Assembly (NCBI GenBank): GCA_036742625.1 | Contig: DAINQO010000003.1 | Location: forward strand, 2,478 to 66,477 | Reading direction: 5' to 3' | Origin: Microvirga sp. | GTDB lineage: Bacteria; Pseudomonadota; Alphaproteobacteria; Rhizobiales; Beijerinckiaceae | Length of the DNA: 64,000 bases | Shown here: piece by piece, positions 34,092 to 42,428 of the stretch | Layout of the letters: the number at the start of each line of letters is the position of its first letter | Position numbering within the stretch: the first letter of the stretch is position 1 | Notes under the pieces: generated by a model | What the model was told of the DNA's origin: nothing | The model's input: only the letters and a program-made list of their open reading frames with translations | Databases searched by the model: none | Made by a program: the position numbers and the translations under genes

Positions 34092-34601
34092 TCAGGCGTT
34101 CGCCAGATATTGGGCGAGCCCGTCGAGGGTGCCGGTCCAGCCCTGCCGCATCGAGCCGTGCCCGGCCTCGAAGGTCTTGCGCTCCGCCTCGGTCGGGTTC
34201 AGCGGCACCCACTTGATGGTGAGCTTGGTACCGCGGCCTTCCTCGGTGAAGGTGAAGGTCGAGAGCATCTCGAGCGGCCAATCGGCATGGCCTGGGTGGC
34301 GCGTGACGCCGCCCGCTTCGTCGGAGAAGGAATTGACGAGCACGATCCGCTCCGGCGCGGCGATCTCGCGGTAGACGAACCTGCCCCACATCGGCGTGCC
34401 GTCGGGCGCCCGCATGCCGTAGTGATAGGTGCCGCCCGGGCGAAGATCCATCTTGGAGGCGATCACCGAGAAGCCTTTCGGCCCCCACCACTGACGCATG
34501 CGCTCGGGGTCGGTGAACGCCTTCCACACGAGCTCGCGCGGCGCATCGAACACGCGCGTGATGACGAACTCGGCTGTGGCGGGGCTGCTCGTTTGGTCCA
34601 C
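34092..34601 (-). CDS. SRPBCC / Aha1-domain (activator of Hsp90 ATPase homologue-like) protein
   Basis: 169 aa: EFVITRVFDAPRELVWKAFTDPERMRQWWGPKGF… Typical of the Aha1_N-less bacterial family. Confidence 0.8.
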   Translation of the reverse strand: MDQTSSPATAEFVITRVFDAPRELVWKAFTDPERMRQWWGPKGFSVIASKMDLRPGGTYHYGMRAPDGTPMWGRFVYREIAAPERIVLVNSFSDEAGGVTRHPGHADWPLEMLSTFTFTEEGRGTKLTIKWVPLNPTEAERKTFEAGHGSMRQGWTGTLDGLAQYLANA

Positions 34602-34647
34602 TGGTCTTCTCCTTCTTGGCGGGACCCGGCGGTCCCGGACCGGGCGC

Positions 34648-35061
34648 TCAGGCCGGCTGCTCGCAATTGATCATCCACGGCGTGCCGAAGCGGTCGACGA
34701 GCATGCCGAACCGGATTGCCCAGAAGGTCTGCTGGATCGGCATCTTCACCGTCCCGCCTTGCGCGAGCGCCTCGAAGATGCGCTCGGCTTCCGCCGCGCT
34801 GTCGACGTTGAGGCTGACCGAGAAGCCCTTCATCGCGCCGTCCGCCCGGTCCGGCGGGGCGTCCGAGGCCATGAGCACCTGGTCGCCGAGGCTGAGCCGC
34901 GCATGCATGATCTTGTCGCCCCATTCCGGCGCGACGTGCGCCTCGGCCGGCGAGCCCTTGTGGGCCATCATCATCTCGATCTTGCCGCCGAGGAGCTTGG
35001 CGTAGACGTTAAACGCCTCCTCGCAATTGCCGTTGAAGAACAGGTACGGGTTCAGTCGCAT
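34648..35061 (-). CDS. VOC-family protein (PhnB/YjdN-like)
   Basis: 137 aa: MRLNPYLFFNGNCEEAFNVYAKLLGG…FWAIRFGMLVDRFGTPWMIN. Confidence 0.8.
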   Translation of the reverse strand: MRLNPYLFFNGNCEEAFNVYAKLLGGKIEMMMAHKGSPAEAHVAPEWGDKIMHARLSLGDQVLMASDAPPDRADGAMKGFSVSLNVDSAAEAERIFEALAQGGTVKMPIQQTFWAIRFGMLVDRFGTPWMINCEQPA

Positions 35062-35098
35062 CGCGGGCTCCTTTGGCTGCGTGGTCTTTCAGGGTCGG

Positions 35099-35599
35099 CT
35101 AAATTGAGGGCGCGCCGGCCAGCGCCTGCTCGTCGCGCGAGGCTCGCCTGAGAGCCTCGATGTCGATCTTCACCATCTGCATCATGGCCTTCATGACGCG
35201 GCTCGCCTTCGCCGGGTCCTGATGGGTCAGGAGCTCGGGCAGGACCGTCGGGATGATCTGCCAGGTGAGGCCGAACTTGTCGGTCAGCCAGCCACAGCCT
35301 TGCGTCGTGCCGCCGTCGGAAAGCTTCGCCCAGAATTCGTCCACCTCGGCCTGCGTCTCGCAGTTCACGACAAAGGACGTCGCCGGCGAGAAGGTGAATT
35401 GCGGGCCGCCGTTCAGCGCCACGAATTTCTGCCCATCAAGCTCGAACGCGACGGTCATGACCGTGCCCTTCGGCGCCGGGCCGGCGTCGCCGTAGCGGCT
35501 CACGCTCAGGATCTTGGCGTTCTTGAAGATCGAGACATAGAAATTCGCCGCCTCTTCGGCCTTGCCGTCGAACCACAGGAACGGGGTGATCTTCTGCAT
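35099..35599 (-). CDS. VOC-family protein (3-demethylubiquinone-9 3-methyltransferase-domain type)
   Basis: 166 aa: MQKITPFLWFDGKAEEAANFYVSIF…CGWLTDKFGLTWQI. Confidence 0.8.
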   Translation of the reverse strand: MQKITPFLWFDGKAEEAANFYVSIFKNAKILSVSRYGDAGPAPKGTVMTVAFELDGQKFVALNGGPQFTFSPATSFVVNCETQAEVDEFWAKLSDGGTTQGCGWLTDKFGLTWQIIPTVLPELLTHQDPAKASRVMKAMMQMVKIDIEALRRASRDEQALAGAPSI

Positions 35600-35635
35600 G
35601 GCTGGCTCCCGTGTTGCTCGCTCGGCGAAACCCGA

Positions 35636-36004
35636 TCAGCGGCGTTTGCCGTCTCTCTTGCGCTTGCCGGCACGCTCCGGCGTCGCCTGCAGCTCTTGCA
35701 GGTACGCGTCGAGGCGGTCGAGGCTCTCGTCCCAGTATCGGCGGTAGCGCCCGAGCCAGTCGTCGACCTCGCGAAGCGGGCCGGGCTCGAGGCGGCACGG
35801 CCGCCACTGCGCTTCGCGGCCGCGCACGATCAACCCCGCGCGCTCGAGCACCTTGAGGTGCTTCGAGACGGCGGTGAGGCTCATCGCGAAGGGCTCGGCG
35901 AGGGTCGTCACCGAGGTCTCGCCAAGCGCAAGCCGCGCGAGCAGGGCGCGACGCGTCGGGTCGGCGAGCGCCGCAAGCGTGGTGCTGAGGTGATCGGCCG
36001 CCAT
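35636..36004 (-). CDS. ArsR/SmtB-family transcriptional regulator
   Basis: 122 aa: ALADPTRRALLARLALGETSVTTLAEPFAMSLTAVSKHLKVLERAGLI. First gene of the VOC/SRPBCC operon. Confidence 0.85.
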   Translation of the reverse strand: MAADHLSTTLAALADPTRRALLARLALGETSVTTLAEPFAMSLTAVSKHLKVLERAGLIVRGREAQWRPCRLEPGPLREVDDWLGRYRRYWDESLDRLDAYLQELQATPERAGKRKRDGKRR

Positions 36005-36065
36005 CCCTTATTGAACTGCCTGGTTGATTAACCTAGCGGTTCAATAGCCGGACGCTCCGCTCGCG

Positions 36066-36728
36066 TCAAGCGGCGGCATCCTTCTGCGGGAAGAGCCCGA
36101 AATAGGGCTTCGCCTCCGCGACCGCCCGCGCGAAGGACGGACGATCCATCAGGCGTGCGAAGTAGCGGGCGAGGTTCGGGTGCGCGTCGCCAAACGGCAG
36201 CACGAGCCGCGCATAGAACAGGGCCGGCGCGGCGGCGCAGTCGGCCGCGGTGAAGGTCTCGCCCGCGGCCCACATCTGCCTCGCCATCTCGGCGCCGATC
36301 ATGGCGTAGGCGGTTTGAAGCCGCGCCTTTGCCTGCGCGACGCCGAAGGCGTCCCGCTTGCCCGCCGGCCGAAGCCGGTCGCCGACGATCTTCTGCATCG
36401 GCTCATGCACGTAGAGGTCATAGAAGCGGTCGGCGAGGCGGGTCTTGAGCGCGAGCTCCGGGTCCGCCGGCACGAGCGGCGCCGGGCCCGGATAGTGCTG
36501 GTCGAGGTACTCGATGATGACGCTCGACTCCGGGATGAGCCGATCCCTCGCTTCGTCGCGCAGCACCGGGAATTTGCCGATCGGCCAGAGCCGCAGGAGC
36601 GCCGCCCGGGACGCCTCGTCGGAGAGGTCGACGATCCGCGGCTCGAAAGGCGTGCCGTTCTCGTACAAGGCGATGAGCGCCTTCTGGCAAAAGGACGAGA
36701 GGGGATGGAAATAGAGGACGAGGGTCAT
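36066..36728 (-). CDS. Glutathione S-transferase
   Basis: Track ORF 36066..36974 trimmed to ATG 36728 (MTLVLYFHPLSSFCQKALIALYENG…PVLRDE…ESSVIIEYL). Confidence 0.85.
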   Translation of the reverse strand: MTLVLYFHPLSSFCQKALIALYENGTPFEPRIVDLSDEASRAALLRLWPIGKFPVLRDEARDRLIPESSVIIEYLDQHYPGPAPLVPADPELALKTRLADRFYDLYVHEPMQKIVGDRLRPAGKRDAFGVAQAKARLQTAYAMIGAEMARQMWAAGETFTAADCAAAPALFYARLVLPFGDAHPNLARYFARLMDRPSFARAVAEAKPYFGLFPQKDAAA

Positions 36729-36751
36729 GGCAGCCTTTGGGGTTGCGCGGG

Positions 36752-37855
36752 CTACCGCGCCGGGGCCGCGTTCGCGGAAGGCTTCAGGTGCATGCGGCAG
36801 AGCGTCATCAGGCGCCGGGCCTGCTGGGCCTCCTTGCCGCTCGGCTTCAGCGCCAGGAAGCGGTCCCAGAACGGCAGCGCGGCGGAATGATCCTCGCGCC
36901 GGGTCAAGACGAGGGCGAGGTTGAAGAGCGCGTCCGCGTAGTCGGGCCGGGCCTCGACCGCCCGGCCGTAGCACGCCGCCGCCCCCTTCATATCCTCGGC
37001 GCTCTCCTTCAGGAGACCGAGGTTGAGCCAGGCCTCCGCGAAGCCCGGATCACGCATCACGGCCTGCTGGTAGGCGAGCGCCGCATCCGTCGCCCGACCC
37101 TGGGCGTCGAGCACGTTGCCGAGATTGAAGGGCAGGACCGGGTCGCTGCGATCCATCTTCGCGGCGATGCGATAGAGCCGCTCCGCCTCGGCGAGGTCGC
37201 CGGCGCATTCGAGCTCCTCGGCGCGCTCGAACAGCGCGTCGACGCTCGCGAAGCTTTCTCCGAGCGGCAGCGTGAACTGGCCGTCGAGCCGCCCGAGGCG
37301 GCCGGCGACCTCCTGCAGCATCTCGCCCCAGGGCGCCTCGTGAAGCCTCGTGTCGGACAGGCTCCGTCCGCTGCGGCGCAGCGCGATCGCGGCCTCGACC
37401 ACGACGCCGAGCGGGTGCCCGGCGCCGAGGAGCCGGCCGACCTCGCGCGCCGCGAGGAGGTCGCGATAGCCGTAAGCGTCGTCCGACGGCTCGAGCACGT
37501 CATAGAGCGCGAGACAGCGCACGACGTCGGGCGACAGCCGGGCCTGGCGCGCGACGTCTGTGGCGGCCAGCGTCCAGTGCTCGCTCGGCAGCGGCGGGGC
37601 GAGGCCGATGAGGCGCCGCAGCGACAGCTCGCTCACGACGCGGCAGCCGGCCGGCACCGTTGCCGGCAGCCCGACCTCCGCTCCCCGGCTCAGACGCTCG
37701 GGCGCCGTGCTGTGGGCGAGGCAGACGACGGTCGCCTTGCGGCTCCCGGCGCGGACGAGGCGGCCGCCGGCCGCCGTCACGAGCCCGGCGAGGCGCGGGC
37801 GCGTCACTCCATGCAGCCGCCCGACGACGCAAAGGCAGAAGCTTTCGGAGCTCAT
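36752..37855 (-). CDS. Multidomain hypothetical protein: BRCT-like N-terminus, MerR-like HTH segment, C-terminal TPR repeats
   Basis: Track ORF 36752..37972 trimmed to ATG 37855 (MSSESFCLCVVGRLHGVTRPRLAGLVTAAGGRLV…). TPR consensus is visible (AEAERLYRIAAKMDRSDPVLPFNLGNVL…AEAWLNLGLL…ADALFNLALVL). The BRCT and HTH calls are by eye only. Confidence 0.6.
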   Translation of the reverse strand: MSSESFCLCVVGRLHGVTRPRLAGLVTAAGGRLVRAGSRKATVVCLAHSTAPERLSRGAEVGLPATVPAGCRVVSELSLRRLIGLAPPLPSEHWTLAATDVARQARLSPDVVRCLALYDVLEPSDDAYGYRDLLAAREVGRLLGAGHPLGVVVEAAIALRRSGRSLSDTRLHEAPWGEMLQEVAGRLGRLDGQFTLPLGESFASVDALFERAEELECAGDLAEAERLYRIAAKMDRSDPVLPFNLGNVLDAQGRATDAALAYQQAVMRDPGFAEAWLNLGLLKESAEDMKGAAACYGRAVEARPDYADALFNLALVLTRREDHSAALPFWDRFLALKPSGKEAQQARRLMTLCRMHLKPSANAAPAR

Positions 37856-38038
37856 CGCAACGTTCGAATCGGCGGCCCGCGAGGAATGGCCCAGACGTAT
37901 TCGCCTCGACGCGCGGAGTCGACGGCCGGCCGTAGCCGGCCACAAAGGAAGTCGTTCACGAATCCCTGGCATGCTCCTTGACTCGAAGCGTGGCCGAAAC
38001 GACTGTCTCGGCCTCGCAATCGGGTTCAGGAGTATGCG

Positions 38039-38911
38039 ATGGCTGCCCGCGCCAACTGGAAGGGATACCTGAAGCTGTCCCTCGTCTCGTGCGCCGTGGC
38101 GCTCTATCCAGCGACGAGCACGTCATCGCGGGTCCGCTTCAACACCCTCAACCGGGCGACCGGAAACCGCGTCAAGCAGCAATACATCGACCCGGCGACC
38201 GGCGAGACGGTCGACGCCGAGGACCGCGTCAAGGGCTATGAGGTCGGCAAGAACGCCTACGTCTTCATCGAGGACGAGGAGCTCGATGCGATCAAGATCG
38301 AGAGCACGCACACGATCGACATCGAGAGCTTCGTCCCGGTCGAGCAGGTCGACAAGCGCTATCTCGAGGCGCCGTACTACATCGCGCCCGACGACAAGGT
38401 CGCGCAGGAGGCGTTCGCGGTCATCCGCGACGCCATGAAGGAGAAGGGCAAGGCCGGGATCGCGCGCGTCGTGATCTCCCGCCGCGAGCGGATGGTGCTG
38501 CTCGAGCCGCTCGGCAAGGGCATCATGGCGACGATGCTGCGCTACCCCTACGAGGTGCGGAGCGAGCAACCCTATTTCGAGGACATCCCGGAGCTCAATA
38601 TCCCAAAGGAGATGCGCGATCTCGCCGGCCATATCATCGAGACGAAATCGGCGGATTTCGAGCCGGCGAAGTTCGAAGACCGCTACGAGAACGCGATGAT
38701 CGAGCTCGTCAAATCGAAGGAGACCGGCAGGCCCGTCGCGGCGCCGGAGGCGCCGCGGCCGTCGAACGTCGTCAACCTCATGGACGCCCTGCGCAAGAGC
38801 ATTGCCGCCGAGCCGCCCGCCGCGAGCAAGAAGGCGGCCTCGAAGACGAGCGCCGAGCGGGCCCCGAAATCCGCCAAGAAGGCCCGCCCGGCAAGCCGCA
38901 AAGCCGGCTGA
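38039..38911 (+). CDS. ku: Ku protein (bacterial non-homologous end-joining DNA-end-binding protein)
   Basis: 290 aa: MAARANWKGYLKLSLVSCAVALYPATS…KGYEVGKNAYVFIEDEELDAIK…YYIAPDD… Lys-rich C-terminal tail. AGGAG Shine-Dalgarno. Confidence 0.92.
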   Translation: MAARANWKGYLKLSLVSCAVALYPATSTSSRVRFNTLNRATGNRVKQQYIDPATGETVDAEDRVKGYEVGKNAYVFIEDEELDAIKIESTHTIDIESFVPVEQVDKRYLEAPYYIAPDDKVAQEAFAVIRDAMKEKGKAGIARVVISRRERMVLLEPLGKGIMATMLRYPYEVRSEQPYFEDIPELNIPKEMRDLAGHIIETKSADFEPAKFEDRYENAMIELVKSKETGRPVAAPEAPRPSNVVNLMDALRKSIAAEPPAASKKAASKTSAERAPKSAKKARPASRKAG

Positions 38912-38923
38912 GACGGCCGGCTC

Positions 38924-39772
38924 TCAGCCCAGCTCGAAGCTGGTGATGCCGTAGATCCGGTCCAGCGGCAGCGCCGGGGCGGCGCCGCGATACATCCGCG
39001 CGGTTTCGAACGCCGGAGTCAGGCCATAGCGAGCGGCGAGGCCGAGGGCCGACTGGTTCGGCTCCGGCACATCGAGGAACACGAGGCCGCCGCCGGCGGT
39101 GCTCGCCAGCGCCCGGAACAGCACATCGGCGTCGCCTTCGCTCGCGGCGAAGAGCGGCCCGATCTTGCGGCCGGTCCGGCCGTCGCGAATGACGCCGCAG
39201 CCTTGGACCCGACCGTTCTCGACGAGCGCCAGCGCCGAGCGCCGGTCCGGGCGCAGCCAGCACCGAAGGAAGCTCTCGCGCGCCGCCGGGAAGAACCGGC
39301 GGTCGAAAGCCAGCACCGCCGGAACGAGGTCATCGTCGACGGCGACGAGCCGCGCATCTGAAGGGGCCTCGACCCGCACATCGCCGCCGAAGCGGATATT
39401 GCGGTGCGCCAAGACGAAGCCGGAGCGCGCGTAGTTCGCCTGTTGCGCGACGACACCGTCGAGCCCGACCGTTCGGCCTTCGAGGCGCGCCATCCCGGCC
39501 TGCCACAGCCGAAGGCCGTAGCCGCGTCCCCGAAAGGGCGGCCTGACGATGTAGAAGCCGAGGAACGCGAACGCCGCCTCGTAGCGCACGACCGAGATGC
39601 TGGCGACGGGCGCGCCGTCGCGGAACGCCATCAGGAAACCCTGCGGGTCGGCGGCGTGGAAGCATTGGGCGTCGGCAACGCCCGGGTTCCATCCTTCCTC
39701 GGCCGCCCATTCGATGGCGAGGTCGAGCTCGGCGCGGGACATGGGGCGGATGTCGAGATCCGGCGGCATCAA
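38924..39772 (-). CDS. GNAT-family N-acetyltransferase (two-domain, YitI-like)
   Basis: 282 aa. Acetyl-CoA site FYIVRPPFRGRGYGLRLW. The start is either TTG 39772 or ATG 39769. Confidence 0.8.
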   Translation of the reverse strand: MMPPDLDIRPMSRAELDLAIEWAAEEGWNPGVADAQCFHAADPQGFLMAFRDGAPVASISVVRYEAAFAFLGFYIVRPPFRGRGYGLRLWQAGMARLEGRTVGLDGVVAQQANYARSGFVLAHRNIRFGGDVRVEAPSDARLVAVDDDLVPAVLAFDRRFFPAARESFLRCWLRPDRRSALALVENGRVQGCGVIRDGRTGRKIGPLFAASEGDADVLFRALASTAGGGLVFLDVPEPNQSALGLAARYGLTPAFETARMYRGAAPALPLDRIYGITSFELG

Positions 39773-39909
39773 CGGCGGTCGGCGAGATGCTTGCGGAAGA
39801 ACGCCAGCACGTGGGTGTTGAAGGCCACGCCGGCGCCGCCCTGCCCGGATGCCCAGAGCTGGATCGCCACGGCTTTCAGATCGTCCGCCCCGACCTCGTC
39901 TTGGCGCAT
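39769..39909 (-). CDS. 46-codon ORF bridging the HIBADH-like and GNAT genes exactly (possible small protein or gene relic)
   Basis: MRQDEVGADDLKAVAIQLWASGQGGAGVAFNTHVLAFFRKHLADRR. Its ATG shares a base with the upstream TGA, and its TGA shares a base with the ATG at 39769 (TGATG at both ends). 41 of 46 third positions are G/C. Confidence 0.35.
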   Translation of the reverse strand: MRQDEVGADDLKAVAIQLWASGQGGAGVAFNTHVLAFFRKHLADRR

Positions 39910-40793
39910 CACCGGCCCCTCAGGTGGCGCGCGATCTCGGTGTGGTCGGCCGACGGGCCGAGCGCCGCCGCGGCCTCGTCCCACAAGGCGGCGCAGCGCT
40001 CGGCGAGGCGCGCCTCGATCCCGATCGCGGCGGCAAGGCGCTCGGCGGTGCGGATGTCCTTCGCCATGAGGCCGAGCGAGAATCCGGAGGCGTAGCTCTC
40101 GGAGAGGACGAGCTGCTTGACCTTGGTCTCGGTCGAGTTGTTGCGGCCGGTCGAGGCGTTGAGCACGTCGGTCATCACCGCGGGGTCGAGGCCGAAGGCT
40201 TCCCCGACGCGCAGCGCCTCGATCGCGGCGACGAAGCCGGCGCCCGAGACGTAGTTGTTGAGCGCCTTCATGGCGTGGCCGGAGCCGAGCGGGCCGGTGC
40301 GGAAGACGACCCTTCCCATCGGCGAAAGGACCGGCTCGACGGCATCGATCGCCGCCGCCTCGCCGCCCGCCATGATCGCGAGCGAGCCGTCGACCGCGCG
40401 CTTGACGCCGCCCGAGACCGGCGCGTCGATGAGACGGATGGCGGCAGCCGCGAGCTCGGCGCCGAGGGCGCGCGTGCCGACCGGATCGGACGAGCTCATG
40501 TCGATGACGATCGCGCCCGGCGCGAGGTGCGGGCGCATCGCCGCCACGACGGCGGCGACGGCCTTGCCGTCCGGGAGCATGGTGATGACGACGGGCATGC
40601 CCGCCACCGCCGCCTCGACGTCCGCGACGCTCGTCGCGCCGGCGATCGCGGCGAAGCGCTCGCGTGCCGCCGACGCCGCGTCGCAGCCCGTCACCTTGTA
40701 TCCGGCCTCGATGAGGCGCGCCGCCATCGGCACGCCCATGTTGCCGAGGCCGATGAAGGCGACGGCGGCGGGCGGCCGGATCGGCGGCGTCAT
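39909..40793 (-). CDS. NAD(P)-dependent oxidoreductase, 3-hydroxyisobutyrate dehydrogenase family
   Basis: C-terminal 294 codons of track ORF 39909..41183, from MTPPIRPPAAVAFIGLGNMGVPMAARL…. Confidence 0.85.
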   Translation of the reverse strand: MTPPIRPPAAVAFIGLGNMGVPMAARLIEAGYKVTGCDAASAARERFAAIAGATSVADVEAAVAGMPVVITMLPDGKAVAAVVAAMRPHLAPGAIVIDMSSSDPVGTRALGAELAAAAIRLIDAPVSGGVKRAVDGSLAIMAGGEAAAIDAVEPVLSPMGRVVFRTGPLGSGHAMKALNNYVSGAGFVAAIEALRVGEAFGLDPAVMTDVLNASTGRNNSTETKVKQLVLSESYASGFSLGLMAKDIRTAERLAAAIGIEARLAERCAALWDEAAAALGPSADHTEIARHLRGR

Positions 40794-41176
40794 GCGCCCT
40801 CCCCATCCATCTCCTTGAACGCCTCGCGGGCGACGCGGAAGCTGTCGATCGCCGCCGGCACGCCGCAATAAACTGCGGCCTGCAGGAACACTTCGGCGAT
40901 CTCCGCCTTCGAGACGCCGTTGCGGATCGCGCCCTTGACGTGGAGCTTGAGCTCGTGCGGACGGTTCAGCGCCGTGATCATGGCGAGGTTGAGGAAGCTG
41001 CGGGTGCGGCGGTCGAGGCCCGGCCGCCCCCAGATCTTGCCCCAGCAATATTCGGTGACGAGCTCCTGCATGGGGCGGTTGAAATCGTCGGCGGCGGCGA
41101 TCGCGCCGTCGACGTAGTCGCGGCCGAGCACCGCGCGGCGGATCTCCAGGCCCGTCTCGAACAGATCCTCGCTCAT
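40790..41176 (-). CDS. Carboxymuconolactone decarboxylase family protein (PcaC-like)
   Basis: C-terminal 128 codons of track ORF 40790..42367: MSEDLFETGLEIRRAVLG…RTRSFLNLAMITALNRPHELKLHVKGAIRNG… 4-nt overlap with the next gene. Confidence 0.85.
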   Translation of the reverse strand: MSEDLFETGLEIRRAVLGRDYVDGAIAAADDFNRPMQELVTEYCWGKIWGRPGLDRRTRSFLNLAMITALNRPHELKLHVKGAIRNGVSKAEIAEVFLQAAVYCGVPAAIDSFRVAREAFKEMDGEGA

Positions 41177-41302
41177 AAGACACGTTCTCCTCGATAGCGT
41201 TCCGGGCGGCAGCTTAGGCTGCCCGGCGCGAGACGCCAGCCGCGTTTGCGCGCCGCAGGGAGCGCGAGCTATGGTCCCGGCGCTTTGAGCAAGAGAGCCG
41301 AC

Positions 41303-42415
41303 ATGCGCAAGACGGCGGCCGCAGCGGCGAGCGAAGCCGATCAGAGCTTCCTGACGCTGCACGAGATCGTCAAGGCGGCCTACCGAAAAGCCGACCGCAA
41401 CATCTGGGACTATATCGTCGGCGGCACCGAGACCGAGACGACGGTGAGGCGCAACCGGCTCGCCATCGACCGCATCGCGTTCCGCCCGCGCGTGCTCCGC
41501 GACGTCTCGACGCTCGACGCCTCCGGCCGCTTCTTCGACCGCGCGATCAGGCTGCCGGTCGTGCTCGCGCCCGTCGGCGGCCTCGAGTCGATCGGACAAG
41601 AGGGCGAGGTCCAGGTGGCGCGGGCGGCGTCGCGGTTTGGGGTGCCGTTCTTCCTGAGCTCGGTCACCAAGATCCCGCTCGAGACGGTCGCGGCGGCGGC
41701 GAGCGGCCCGAAGGTCTTCCAGCTCTACGTGCGCGGCGACGACGCCTTCGTCGACGACCATGTCCGGCGCGCGCTCGACGCCGGCTACGACGCCTTTTGC
41801 CTGACCGTCGATACGGCGATCTACAGCCGCCGCGAGCGCGATATCGCCAAGCGCTTCGCCAAGCCCTGGCGCGAGCGCGCCGGCGGCATGGAATTCCAGG
41901 CGGCGCTCAACTGGAATCACGTGAAGCGCTTCAGGGACAAGCACGACGTGCCGCTGATCCTGAAAGGGATCGCCACCGCCGAGGACGCGGCGCTCGCCTG
42001 CGAGCACGGCGTCACCGCGGTCTATGTCTCGAACCATGGCGGCCGGCAGCTCGATCATGGCCGCGGCGCGCTCGATTTCCTGCCGGAGATCGTCGCCGCG
42101 GTCGCCGGGCGGGCGCGGATCATCGTCGACGGCGGTTTCTGCCGCGGCAGCGACATCGTCAAGGCGATCGCGCTCGGCGCCGATCTCGTCGGCATCGGGC
42201 GCCTCTACTGCTACGGGCTCGCGGCGGCGGGGGAGGAAGGCGTCGCCCGGGTGCTGGAGCTTCTCGAGGCGGAAGTCTTCGCCTGCCTCGGCCTTCTCGG
42301 CGCCGCCGGCTTTGCCGATCTCGACGGTTCCTATGTCTGCCCGGCGGAGCCAGTCGTCACGCCGCACGTCCTCAGCGCCTTTCCGCTGATCGACATTCCG
42401 GACGGCGGCTATTGA
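41303..42415 (+). CDS. FMN-dependent alpha-hydroxy acid dehydrogenase/oxidase (LldD/mandelate dehydrogenase family)
   Basis: Track ORF 41246..42415 trimmed to ATG 41303. Motifs …AFCLTVDTAIYSRRERD… and …VYVSNHGGRQLD…. Confidence 0.85.
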   Translation: MRKTAAAAASEADQSFLTLHEIVKAAYRKADRNIWDYIVGGTETETTVRRNRLAIDRIAFRPRVLRDVSTLDASGRFFDRAIRLPVVLAPVGGLESIGQEGEVQVARAASRFGVPFFLSSVTKIPLETVAAAASGPKVFQLYVRGDDAFVDDHVRRALDAGYDAFCLTVDTAIYSRRERDIAKRFAKPWRERAGGMEFQAALNWNHVKRFRDKHDVPLILKGIATAEDAALACEHGVTAVYVSNHGGRQLDHGRGALDFLPEIVAAVAGRARIIVDGGFCRGSDIVKAIALGADLVGIGRLYCYGLAAAGEEGVARVLELLEAEVFACLGLLGAAGFADLDGSYVCPAEPVVTPHVLSAFPLIDIPDGGY

Positions 42416-42428
42416 CCGCCACGCCGCG

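Noticed and set aside
37855-37875. cgttcgaatcgg near the TPR-gene start resembles a tRNA T-loop (GGTTCGAATCC).
   Set aside because: No acceptor, D or anticodon stems can be drawn around it, and it overlaps the start region of a protein-coding gene. No tRNA is present.
37856-38038. A second LexA box in front of ku or the BRCT/TPR gene.
   Set aside because: Only isolated GTTC/GAAC tetramers are present (for example gttcacgaatc). There is no GAAC-N7-GAAC or GTTC-N7-GTTC pair, so no SOS-box claim is made for ku.
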